This document shows positions 39,360-51,220 of a DNA stretch of 64,000 nt, piece after piece. The notes under the pieces were generated by a model, which worked only from the letters and a program-made list of their open reading frames with translations, did no database searches and had not been told where the DNA came from. The DNA lies in contig CM068754.1 in the NCBI GenBank assembly GCA_035084275.1, forward strand, positions 8,308,001-8,372,000, given 5' to 3'. Position 1 is the stretch's first letter. Every line of letters starts with the position of its first letter. This DNA is from Hydrolagus colliei (Eukaryota). The translations under genes and the position numbers were made by a program.

Positions 39360-41400
39360 TTAGAACTCGAACGGAAGATACAGAAGGACTGATTTTATTC
39401 TCATTGAAATCAAAATGTAAAGCATTTAGGAACTGACACCAGAATGCTATGGCACACAGAGAAGAGAGATCATAGAACGACAAAGGATCTTGTGAAACCA
39501 GAGAGATACCAATAGGGATTAATATAGTGCGTAATGTAAAACGGAAGGAAGGGGGTGAGATACTGAACAAATGCCGCAAGACTCAGAAAAAAGGACAATG
39601 AAACTCAGAAAAAAAACGCTTCGGGAATTGTTCGGAATTGTTGTGAGGTTGACAAAGGGAGAAACATGAATTCTTAAGATAGTTGAAGGAAGGAAAATCT
39701 GCCACCTGAATTCTATTGAACAGTCATCCAAATTGAATATATCCCCTTTTTCTTGACATTAACTGACAAAACGTCCACTCGCTGAGCTCTTAAGCAATTC
39801 AATTAGGTGATCTTATATCGTTTCCGCTTATTAAAATGAAGGAATAGTTCGATAAGAAGTTGTCAAACTAAATTAACATTGGCTTTCAGATATCTGTCCA
39901 TCTCTCAGTTGTGATGTAATTTTTTGATATTGGAGCGTAACCATGACTGACATTTGCATTGGCATTTCGAAGCGAGCTTTCGAAGATTTGTTCCTGCGTG
40001 GTGGCCCGCTTTCACTTGAAGATGTTTTCTCCTATAAAGGCATTGGATTGTGTGAGATCAATACATTATTTGATGAAGATAAAAATAAGCCCGTCTAATA
40101 CAGATTCCAATGAAAGGGGTAATTTGCCTTCACTTTTTTTTAGCAACCACAAAAAGCAAATTAAATTAATATAGATTTGAAAGGAAAAGATGTTAGCTTG
40201 ACTCAACTGATAACATTCTCATCTTTGAGTTAGAGGTTGTGGAATAACAAGCCCAAATTGAACCTTATTGTCAAGATTATCAATCCAGAGCAGTTCCAAG
40301 GGAGTAATGCATTGTTGGTGATGTGGTCTTTCAAATGTTGGCTTATACCAAGGTCTCATTCACCTGTTTGGGTGGATGTTAAATATACAGTACTGTATCT
40401 CGATTTAAGTCACTGAACTGGAATGTCAGTTATACCTTAAGTCCCAATTCAGAGGCAAGAGCATAACCAAGTGATTGAAGATGATACCCAACGTACTTAA
40501 TGAAATCATAATTTCTGATGAAAAATTAAAGAGAGTGAGAGACCAGTCTTATATTTGTCAGAAGTGTAGTTTGGTTTTTTTGTAACTTGCGTTAATCTTC
40601 CATTTGTATAGTTCTGTGCTGTAATCTTTAATCACCAGGACATTAGCATGTTAGCCTTTGTCCACATCATCCGTTGGTCAGTTGTTCAGTGTACAACTTC
40701 ATGACACATGAAGGTTTAGTGGAAGACTAAGAAAATGTAATGAAAGAAACGTAACTGCATGTCAAAATGGATGTTTGTCATCAAATGGTTAAACCACAAG
40801 ATTATAGGTGAAACAGGAACGTAGAAGACGACCGACAACTTGCTGAAGAAGGAGTGCGGAATCAGCAACTGCTGAGGAAGGCTGACTGAATAGTCTCTAT
40901 ACTTGCTAATCTGCCACTCGATTAAAAACGCCATGGACCTTTATACTAAAGTCCAAGACATCGAATAATGCTAAAGCCTATGATTGCTCCTTGTAAAGAC
41001 TAACTTTGCCGAGCATGTACTCTAATCTTAAACACAAAATTTTCTATTCTTTTATACTAAGCTGAATCAAACACTTGCTGTGCTATTACATTTCTGAATC
41101 TGATTTATGGTATTATAATTCTGAAACTGACTTATATGATGTTAAGTCAGGTTGTAGCTGTGACGATTCTTTTGAATTGGTTTATAGGGAATTCACAGTG
41201 AGCTAAATTGGGTATTACAACATCCTCCCAAATAATGGTGGACCCCGATCTAATTTCTCCTACATAGAGAGGCTTATCCAGGAACCTGAGAATATGGAGC
41301 GACCATGAGTAAAGGATGAAACATGGCAGAACTCCTCACTGGCCTGCCTGTAACTGAGCCATATTCAGAAGATCCATAGAATTGCAGCATATAACTGTTA
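39360..41400 (+). pseudogene. Second, more decayed Gypsy-like pol fossil (RNaseH/integrase pieces), interrupted by other repeats
   Basis: LTPECYGTQRREII (~39434, resembles LTxxExRYSQTEREAL), THEGLV/KTKK (~40705, resembles HEGHQGLVKTK), MKHGRTPHWPACN (~41316, resembles IKHRRITPLWPQAN). Confidence 0.45.
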
Positions 41401-41610
41401 GTGACAATCGTATATCAGGTAATTCCATCACTTTCCTAACAACTAAAAAAACCTCTTTACCTTCCCAGATTAAATTCACTCTCGAGTCCAATAAAATTAC
41501 AGGATTCAAATGATGTTGCACAATGATGAAATGGGTAGACATTATGGAGAGCATCCGCTTGGGACATCCTCCTGACGTAAAAGGCGCTTATACAAGTGTA
41601 GTTTTGTTGT

Positions 41611-41833
41611 AACAAAAACAAAAGTTGCTGGGGAAACTCAGCAGGTCAAACAGCATCCATGGAGAAAGGAAAAGGAGTCAACGTTTCGGGTCCGCGACCC
41701 TTCGGCAGAACAGTAGACCCGAAACGTTGGCTCCTTTTCCTTTCTCCAGGGATGCTGTTTGACCTGCTGAGTTTCCCCAGCAACTTCTGTTTTTGTTTCA
41801 GATTCCCAGCATCTGTAGTATTTTGTGTTTTGT
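41611..41833 (+). mobile_element. Palindromic non-autonomous element with hammerhead-like motif, copy B, inserted in an L2-type tail
   Basis: Arms 41611-41692 and 41716-41797 are near-perfect inverted repeats. Perfect 14 bp TSD tgtagttttgttgt at 41597-41610 and 41834-41847. Confidence 0.8.
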
Positions 41834-42524
41834 TGTAGTTTTGTTGTTATTGTTGTAGTATGAGCTCAGGTGTTGCAGATTCCTCTTTACAGGTAGACAG
41901 AATCACAATCAATATTAGCAACTTCCTGCTTAAAACCATTGATGTCACACCCCGCGCTCATTATCAGGTAGTCAGGCACGGGTAGAGCCTTGCTCACTAC
42001 CTGAAGATTTCAGAACAATTCACAAATAGATTGCATCTAAGCACTGTCAGAAACCGCAACACCAATGAGAACTGACAAGGTGTCCCGCTGGCCATAGAGT
42101 TTTGTATAATGCAATGTAAATTTATGAAACATATGCATAAACAGATGCCAGTTACCAGCAAAGCACATCTAATTATGTCTGAGGTCGCATCCTGGATTGG
42201 ACAGCACAATAGATTTGGGATTTCACCACCCCAGATTAAGAAAAACTTGTACGCTTGAGTTTGGAAACTTAGGACAGGCTTCAAGACAGATGTGCAATGT
42301 GTCGTTACATTTCCCATTCCCCAGTACTTCCATTTCAAAAGGATTACAGAAATAGTGGTAAAAAATGCTTCAGCCTTTCCTTAAAGCAAATAGATTTTTC
42401 CTGTGCCTGTGACTTTGCAGTGTGTTCATTTTCTATACTTCAAAGTGCCTTTAATTCAAGTAATTCCTTGTCCCCCGGCGTGAAAAGCGCTCAATAAACG
42501 TAATTTTGTTATTGTTGTTGTCAT

Positions 42525-42790
42525 CCAATTTTCCGTTCTGCCTTCCACGAAACTATATGTTATAAATGTCCTTACTTCCAAAGGAATTTCTACACAATTG
42601 ATTCTGCATCAATACACTTCTGCAGCGTTGGATTCCACATTCTCACAACCCCTTAGGTGAAGAAGTCGTTAATTTTTGACTGGTCCAAATCTTAGTTTTG
42701 AGGAGTACATCCTCTTGCCCTGGATTCCCTTGCCAGTGGGAAGAAATATTCTCACTACCTCATCAGCTCCATTTATTATTTTAAACGAAA
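42525..42790 (-). mobile_element. CR1 ORF2 3' fragment, degenerate
   Basis: gattccacattctcacaaccccttaggtgaagaa encodes FFT*GVVRMWN on the minus strand. Confidence 0.6.
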
Positions 42791-43436
42791 TGCAATAGAC
42801 TTGAGGTCCCATTCCAAAACAGAATGGTATGCATGCCAGAGTCTGAGAAGTTACTATGCAAAACTTAAAGCAATAGCATCTAGACAGTTTGGTGCCACTC
42901 AGATAAATTCATGTGCTTTACATGAAGGTTTTGCATAGAAACTCAAAAAGGGCCCAAACCTATCTGCCTATTCTCTCTAAAAGTTGTATCTGCTTACTTA
43001 TGCTTTTTATAATATTTCAGTTCTTCCTCCCACTTTTTTCTCGCACAGTATCCTGAGCTTCCCTAGCTAGTTAATTCTACTTTAAATATTAATTCAACTC
43101 TGCAATTATCAATGCTTCAGTTTTTCTCCAATCTCTCTGGTTATTCTAATCTCTTTAAGAACACCCTGAACCTTTATAAATAGTGTATCAGACTCTTCAC
43201 CAAATCCATTCCCAAACTTCAATGACCATATTTCGTAGATTAGAATCACAAAGCCGCAAAATTAAACAATTTGAAAAGTAGCCAGCACTATTTAAAAATA
43301 CTGATTTTATCATTTGACCTAACTTCAAATGCTAAGCACTAATTTAAAGCTTTAGTTCTTTAATGTCCAGCTAATTTATTAATAAAGGGGGATTACCTTT
43401 CCCCTTCCCTAACAAAGATCGGGGCCTCGGTTGTAT

Positions 43437-43605
43437 ATAATAATCCTTGACGTCTCAAAGTGCTTCAGAGAGTATACTGTAAAGCGAATTGACTATGTTC
43501 AATTTGAAACGCGGCAGCCGATTGCGCACAGCAGTGTCCCACAAACAGTTGTGGATTGAAATGACCAATTTATTATTTGTTTTTTCGGTGGGGTTATTAT
43601 TAAGA
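43437..43605 (-). mobile_element. Same tRNA-SINE family, 3' fragment
   Basis: cgtctcaaagtgcttc...gcagtgtcccacaaacagttgtggattgaaatgacc. Confidence 0.8.
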
Positions 43606-43780
43606 GCGTGCATGTCTCTTCATGTCTGCTTGTTGCACTTCAGAATGCCGTGTTGTGCTTCAAAATGGGTTGTCTCTTGATCCCGTGTTCTGGAGCAATG
43701 TGAGAAGTGCAAATGGTGCTTTTTATCAAGCGTGATTGAGATTTGAAACATCCTCGGTCATGCTTTCTCCCCGGCAATGA

Positions 43781-43926
43781 CAGCAAAATTACATTTGTAT
43801 AGCAACTTTCACATCGGAAGCACGTCCCAAAACTCTGGGAAAGTGCATGACGCTGTCCTGAGCCTTGGGACGTCCTCCTGACGTGAAAGGCGTTGTACAA
43901 ATGTAATTTGGTTGTTGTTGTTGTTG
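43781..43926. repeat. Inverted pair of ~55 bp L2-type 3' tails
   Basis: 43781-43830 (-) and 43865-43926 (+). Solo tails of the same type occur at ~11775, 35495, 35565, 38675, 41557, 52190, 52633 and 62285. Confidence 0.75.
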
Positions 43927-44387
43927 AAGCACTGATCAGTGAATGCAGCCTAACAGCCAATTTGCCTTTAGCACAATCCCTACAAAGCTACAAAGTGCAT
44001 CACCAGTTTTCCTGGAGAATTGCTGGCAAGGAAAATTAGCAAATTTTCTTTCTTTCTTTTTTGAATAGAGATGGATATTCCATCACATTCACCTCAACGG
44101 GCAGGCAGAATCTCGATTTAATATCTTATCTGAACGACAATGCAGTACTCCTGCAGCATTCATCCTGGATTATGCGCTCGATAATGCACCGTTAAACTCT
44201 TTCTTTTAACTTACTCTGAATGATTCACAACCTGAAATCTTTTATTTGGGAAAACAAACAATGGTGCGACTTCTGACAATGGCTTGTGAAGTGCAAAAAC
44301 CAATGGCTTTTGATGAACAATCGTCAAATGAGCATTTGTAAAGGTGTGAATCAGGAGCAAAGATGTAAAGTGTAGTGCTTTAAATGA

Positions 44388-44500
44388 TGTGCCAGCTCTT
44401 TAAAAAGAGCAATTTAATCCCATTCCCCAGCTCTCTCCCCATAACCTCGCAAACCCGTCCTCCCCAAATAAATGTCTACCTCTCTTTTAAAAGTTGCGGG
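44388..44500 (-). mobile_element. CR1 3' fragment
   Basis: Reverse complement of 17985-18090 (ctctctccccataacc, ctcttttaaaag). Confidence 0.7.
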
Positions 44501-45329
44501 ATAGAATTCCAAAGGTTGGGGCCAGGGTGACTGAAGTCTCACACGCCGATGGTAACAGAATTATCATTCAGCACAGTTTGTTCAGATGCCATTGTTTTAC
44601 ATGTTGCAATAATAGATTCATGAATGGTGCATGTAATTAGGTGGAAGGGCAATGCTTTATTTTACAGGGAAACAAACAATTATTTAACAACAATGTAATT
44701 ACACTGCAGTAAACTAATTATTAATACAGTGTTAGCTCAATATAACAAATGAAAGTGTGTAATTTTTAGCAACATTGGCATACTACAGTATAGCTACAGA
44801 TCCTTCTCACAAAATGCTCTCCAAAGCAGTTTGTGTGCTTTTGCTTGTATTATAGGTGTGTGTGTGTGTGGTCAGGCCATTGCTGAGATCCGGGAGTGTA
44901 ATTTTATCTGGTCAGCCAGGTATCTGACACACAAACACGTAGATATCTGCCTGGCTCAGGAGCAGGATGATTGAGAACGGCCCCTGAGTTAACTCGATTC
45001 CGCATTCCCATTGCCAAGCATGTTACCTTGAAGCCAGTTCAACTCCAAGAAGATTTTGGTTATTTTCTCTCGACCAACCCATCACAAGACAATGGTCACT
45101 AATTGGTCATTTGACACCCGACAAGTGAGGGCAGGTTTGAGCACTCACTGTGGGGTAAGTATCTCCATGCCAAATGCTTACTCTTTGATCACACTTGTTA
45201 TCAAACAATGTTAGATCATTTTTTTAAGCGCTTCAGCAGGATAGATTGGAGAACAGGGTGGATATGAAGAACAGGTAGTTGAGATTCCAATACACTTGAA
45301 TCTATTCCCCGACAGAATATTACAATAAT

Positions 45330-45790
45330 CCTTACATTTGACAGAGTGCCTCATCGTGTCTCAATAGACCTTGCAGGATTCGCTGTAAAGTGTAGTGATT
45401 GTGCAGTTTGTAGACAAAGGTGGCAGCCAATTTGCGCACAGCAACATCCTACAAACAGTAATTGAAATGAATGTTCAATTTTATTTGGGAGATTTTTGCC
45501 AGGCTACAAGGAATAACATTTCCGAATTGAATTTTTAACGTCCACTGGACCAGGTAGATGGGACCTCTGTTTATCATTTCCTCTGAAGGATGCAACCTCC
45601 GATAATGCATGTGTTTTCCATCACTGGACTTGATTGTTATCTTGGACTATGAAAGTCAAATTCCCAAAATGCGGCTTAAGCAACAACCACGAAATTACAT
45701 TTGTACAGAACCTGTCACATTAGGAGGACATCCCAAGGCACTGGAACCCACAGCATTCTGATTCACTGGTGAGTGCTACCAACTCTAAAG
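45330..45790 (-). mobile_element. Deu-domain SINE, degenerate, with nested L2-type tail
   Basis: ggcagccaatttgcgcacagcaacatcc...ttaacgtccactggaccagg...ctgaaggatgcaacctccga. Confidence 0.55.
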
Positions 45791-45925
45791 TAAGGGAAGA
45801 ATATTTAAAGATGGTATTATTTGAATTTTCTCTTCCAGTACAAAAAATTGTGAAACCATGCTCACTTTTGTAAATTGAATACTTTTGTATTCAATATATG
45901 ATTATGTAAGAAAATGACTTGTGAC

Positions 45926-46514
45926 TGTTAGGGAAATGCAAATATCTTAAGAACCCGCAGCCCAATTTTCAAAAGAGTTCAGATCCCATTGAGCTATTTG
46001 CCAAACATACATTGTGCGAGAGGGACAGCGGCAGGAGGGGGGAAGAGAGGGACGGCGGCAGGGGGGGGGGAGAGAGGGGCAGGGTGGAGGGGGAGGAGAG
46101 AGGGATGGCGGCGGGGGGGAGAGAGGGATGGCGGCGGGGGGGTGGGGGGAGAGAGGGATGGTGGGGGGTTGGGGGGAGAGACGGGGTGGATGTGATAATG
46201 TACAGATAGATAGAGATGGGGGGGATGTGGGAGAGGAGAGAGACACAGAGACACAGACAGAAAAACACAGAGATGGAGCGAGTGAGTGTGAGAGACACAG
46301 AGAGAGAAAGATATTTACCTCCTGAGGAGATAGGCCCCGAATGTGCGCACACCCCAAATGCGTGCGTACCCCGAATGCGCAGGCACTCTGAATGCGCGCG
46401 CGCCTCGCACGCATGCGCAGTACGAAAACCCCGAAAATATCGATATTTCAGTATATCTCGATATGAGCCCATCGATATATCTAAATCTGAAAATTTCCAT
46501 ATCGACGGACCCTA
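45926..46514. mobile_element. hAT-like non-autonomous element with internal G-rich minisatellite
   Basis: 8 bp direct repeat cttgtgac at 45918-45925 and 46515-46522. TAGGG...ATAT termini are imperfect. Subterminal atcgatat repeats and intact CpGs. Confidence 0.55.
46015..46190 (+). repeat. G-rich minisatellite (~22-25 bp unit gagagggaYggcggc(a)gggggg)
   Basis: About six degenerate tandem units are visible. Confidence 0.8.
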
Positions 46515-46545
46515 CTTGTGACCTGTTTCCAAGCCATTGCTTAAA

Positions 46546-46735
46546 TAGGAACATAGGAACAGGAGTAGGCCATTGAGCCCATCAAGCCTGTTCCACCATT
46601 TAATTGGATCATAGCTGATCTATTTCTCCACTAATCCTTTCAATTCCAACTTTTTGCTTTCTCCCTATATCCCTTAATACCCCGACCTTTCAAAAATTTA
46701 TCAACTTCACTCTTGAAAGCGTTGATGGATCCAGC
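46546..46735 (-). mobile_element. CR1 LINE 3' end
   Basis: taggaacataggaacaggagtaggccattgagcccatcaagcctg, the reverse complement of a CR1 tail. Confidence 0.8.
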
Positions 46736-48669
46736 AAATTGTTAAATTATTAAATTGTTCAATGCTTTGAATGCTCCTAGTCTACTTGTTGCCAGATATG
46801 CAATTATTGACTAATTCTATCCACAGAGCAGTTCAATAAGATCAGAAGTGTTTTGGAATAAGGTAAGCCAGAATTTCCACTGAACACAGAGCATACAAGT
46901 GTGACTTGTTCTCAGATGGGATTTCCTTTCAATAACAGTCCCAGGTGGTTTCCTGAAACATTCTTGCTATGTATTTGATCAGTTTCCCAGGGAAGACATG
47001 GTCCATTAAGTCACAGCTAGCAAGATCACATTGGACTAAGCTAACATGGCTAAAGTGATTTTTCTTTGAAATGTAAAATAACAATCTTTGCATTCCAGAT
47101 GGCACATATAATGTCAAAACTATTCAAAGTGTCCCAACGGGAAATGCTGTTAAGTGTAGTAACTATTTAACTGTAAGCATTTGCAGCACCAAATTGCACA
47201 CATACCCTTAAACAAATTCATTTGGAGGATTAATAGCCAAAACACCAGCCTCTTTTGAACTGGGTCACAAGATCACATGTAAATAGATGGGTGAGATGTT
47301 CATTGAATGTGTCATGTGAAAGACAACATCTTTTAAAACCTGGCAGCTTCCATCACAAAATGCTCCCCCACCACTGAACTAAAGTGTCAATCTTTACATT
47401 GAGCTCAAAACTCAGAATCATCACATAACAGTGAAATACTTATTGGGGATTAAAATATGGGGATACTACCGGGGATTAAAATATTAACTGTTAGTCAATA
47501 CAAAATACGCGAGCTAGACAGGAGAAATAAAAAATGTTGATAAGTGAGGCAGTTTATGTTGGAAATTGGTTGCATTCAGTAATTCCAAATGCAATTGATC
47601 TCAAAAGCCAAATCCTGTGGATCCTTCCTGTGGACTCCAAAAAGCTCAATGCAGTCTGATAAAGTATGGATTGATTGTAATTGTGGTGCTATTTAGCTAA
47701 CTAAACAGTAAACGGTTTGTTTCAAAGCTAATTTCTATTGATACTGAAGTTATATAGAAAACACAGCACATTTTCAGATCACGTGCAATTCTCAAACTGG
47801 AACACATAAAGGGAATGGTCATCTGGACACCTCCTGCTTTTGAGGAATGTTTGGAGAGCTGGGAGAGCTGGTAACAAATAAATAGTCACGTTTATCTCCG
47901 AATACATTTGTAGGAAAAGGTATAATAATATAATAACGATCCGTGTAAGGCTAAAGACCTTCCTTTTCAACCGCCCTTTTGGTCACCTTTATCCCTGTCC
48001 CGCTGGCTCGGCCCTGGGATCCATTATTGTGAAGCGCTCTGAGATGCCATCCGTCATATGGGGGGTGGGTGGGGGGTGTGCTGTATAAATCCAAGTTGTT
48101 GTTATTTGATATTGCATGATTACATCCCAAAGCCCACGTTTTTGCAGTGAAGTGTTGTAACTGGGTATTTGGAGGTGAACAAGAGAGAACTTTGTTCTTT
48201 CTCAAGCTTCTTGGCATGCCTTGCCATATCTTAAAGTGCTTCACACATAATTATAGTTCAGTGTAGTGACTGATCTGGTAAGAAAATATGCCAGTTATTT
48301 ACACCAGGGGAATGAGGCAATCAGCCATGTGGAAAATGACCAATCAACTTTGCAGAGTATTAGAAGAAAGTCCCCTCTGTTTTAATAGGGTTGTGAGATT
48401 GATAAAGTCCATGTGAAGGTAAAGAACTTGCTTTAACATCTTATTCTAAGGACAACATCATTGACAATTAAGCCCTTGCAGTGAGAGAGTCCTACCAATT
48501 GATCCAAAATAGCACAGCTCAAGCTGTGTTTGTGATGCATTTCTTCAGATGTCAGGTTGGCTCAGTTTGCAGTACTCTCGGCTCTGGATTCAGGCCCCGC
48601 ATGTTAGATTAACTCATAGCCCACATTGGCACACATGTACAGTGTTGAGGGAAGTGCTGCATTGTTCTA

Positions 48670-49020
48670 AATAATGATAATATTTGTTATAATGCCTTTC
48701 ACATCCCAAAGTGCTTCACAGGATTTATTATGAAGTGGAGTGACTGTATACTTTGTAGGTGAAAGCTGCAGCCCAATCACATGTAGCAATGTCCCAGAAA
48801 CAGCCATGAAATTGAACAATTTTATGAAGGGGATTGTACACTAATTTTATGAAGTCTCTGGACACTAGGTGAAACTCCTCTTTTCAAATAGTATCACGTG
48901 ATTTTTAACATCCACTTAACTAAGGAGACGGGACCTCGGTTTAAAATCTTATTGAAAGGACTGCTTCTCTGACAATGCAAACCACTCCCAACTGGTGCGC
49001 CAGCTTAGCCTATAACGTGC
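48670..49020 (-). mobile_element. Deu-domain SINE, degenerate
   Basis: cccaaagtgcttcacagg...ttaacatccacttaac...gggacctcggtttaa...ctgacaatgca. Confidence 0.55.
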
Positions 49021-50939
49021 ATCCAAAACTGAAGAGTATTTCTGCCTGAAATCCTCCTGATAAATTGATCATTCACTTCATGGGTGTTTGTGTGACCTTG
49101 CTCTGTGAACAATTAACTAAAGTGCTCTTAGACATGTTGAAGTTGCAGGTACTTTATGAAATACAAGAAATATTATTCTATTGTTGGCAATGGACAATCA
49201 ACCTCACATCTGTAAATAGAAACGATGTTCTGCAGTAGAACGGGAGATCGAAGGTTACCAATTTCACTATAGGTGTTTTTTTTATATAAAATATCTTCTA
49301 GTTGTCACATTATAGGTCCAGGTGCTGTCATTTGCATTTGCAAAGCACAAGTTTGCATTCATAAAACTTCAGGCTGCTCAGAGCCAATTGAAAGAAAGCA
49401 CTGGGAAAGGAGTTAACAGGGACCGGTCAGGTTTCCAAAGCATGTTAACGTTTGCTCCTGCACAAACGGATCTGAAGAAAGATACCCATAGAAACAGCAT
49501 TAAACTATAACTAAATTTACTGTCCTTTACTCATTTATTGTGCAATCAATATCATTCATTTCCCACCTGCTTGCCATTCTGTGACACAAAAAGAAGCACT
49601 GAAACAGATCCAGCCGAAAAGAAACATTCAAGAAAACACCTTTGAGTAAAAAGTCATGAGCTTTGCACTCGCCGGATCTCAGCTTTCCATTGTAGGGAAC
49701 AACACAACATAATTCTTCTTCTCTTAACCTGCCGAAATATCATCAGTTATACTCTCCTTTATTTGAATTATTTCCCCATATTCCTCTGAAGATGCTGTCT
49801 CAGGCCGGAATGCGGCAGCACAGCTGCTAGCAGCCCACGGCTAATTCAGCAAAGATCAGGGATCAAATCGAGGCCCTTCAAGTGCTGTATTGCTCAGATT
49901 GTCTTAAAATAAAACCTCCAAATTCTCTCCTGAAGGCATTAACTCATACTGGAGTAATTTCTAGCCCATCACCTAAGTACAACACAGTGCCAGATGTGAT
50001 GTATAACATATGCCACATTCACAGTGGCACTAATACAGTACCACACTATAGCATAGAACAAGTCAAGTAACAGGGGACCTAACAATATGCCTGAAGGCGT
50101 GGCAACCCCATAGATTTCAATTCCACCTCGTTCTTGTTTGCACTGACTTATCATGTTTTTTCCGGGTAAAGTGGAATGAAAAAATTGCACAGGAATGGTT
50201 TGGCAAAGTACACGTTTTTTAACTAAACATCTAAATGGAATTACAGGAACAATTGTCAGAAGAGTTGCTGGTTTTAAGCAGGAAAGCGCTTGACATTGAA
50301 TCAGATTCTGAGGTTTACTCTCAGGCTGTCTGTCATTGGGAATCACTTAAGGTGCCAGCCCACGGTCTCCGTTTATCCCATTTCAGAGAAAATGGAAGAA
50401 ACAAAACTTGCCCTCTTCTGCTCCCCTTCTCGTACTTTAATTGTAACTTTGCGGTCATGCCACTTCCCCAAATTGAAAAAGGATTGGTAGCCTAGGAAGG
50501 TAGGGCTTTCTGAAAGATAATTCTTAATGCTGTTTAAAAGTGCATTCCCGGTATAGAATTTTTTCGCACACAAAGTGATGTTTTTAAGACCGTCAATGCA
50601 GGATTTGCAATATTAGTCTATGGGTCTATGCTTTTATGTGAAATAAGATATCTGTAGGGATGTGCATTGAATGGATTAAAAAAAACGCTTTTCAACAGTT
50701 CAGTATTTAGGTTTATTATGATGCAAATAAATGTCAGTTCAACAAATGTGGGTCTTCTCTGAATATCTCTTGTTAACACTGGTGATGTCTGCTTAGACAA
50801 CACTGCCCTCTAGAGGGTGTACGTTTGCTATCACAGTGCTGCACAGATCTATTTAACCCTTGAGTACTGAGAGAGGATTTGAGTACAGGAGGAACATTTT
50901 TGTAACAGGGCAGATGAAGTTGGTGCACTTGGGATAACA

Positions 50940-51220
50940 TTTGCTGTGTCAAGAGATGGTCGCAAAGGAGGGTCTTGAGTCGAGACATGAAGGAGGCAAG
51001 GGAGGGAAGGAGGCCAAGGGATTGTGGGATGCAGTTCTAAAGGATGGGGCAGAGAGGCTGAAAGTCCAGCAGCCGTTGGTAGGGCGGGATGAGGGGAGAC
51101 ATGGAGCAGGCTGCTGAATGGAGGGAGCGGACAGGTTGATAAGGGGTCAAGGTCAGGAGAATAGGAAGGGACAAGGACGTGCAGGGCCTTGAAAGCAAGG
51201 AAGAAACTTTTGAATTCTAA
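50940..51220 (-). mobile_element. L2 LINE ORF2 3' fragment
   Basis: Purine-rich plus strand with gcagttctaaaggatggggcagag...ggccttgaaagcaagg...ttttgaattc, typical of antisense L2. A similar piece lies at ~58085-58290. Confidence 0.6.

Noticed and set aside
45947-46576. Pro/Gly-rich ORFs on both strands
   Set aside because: Translation of the G-rich minisatellite within a transposon derivative.
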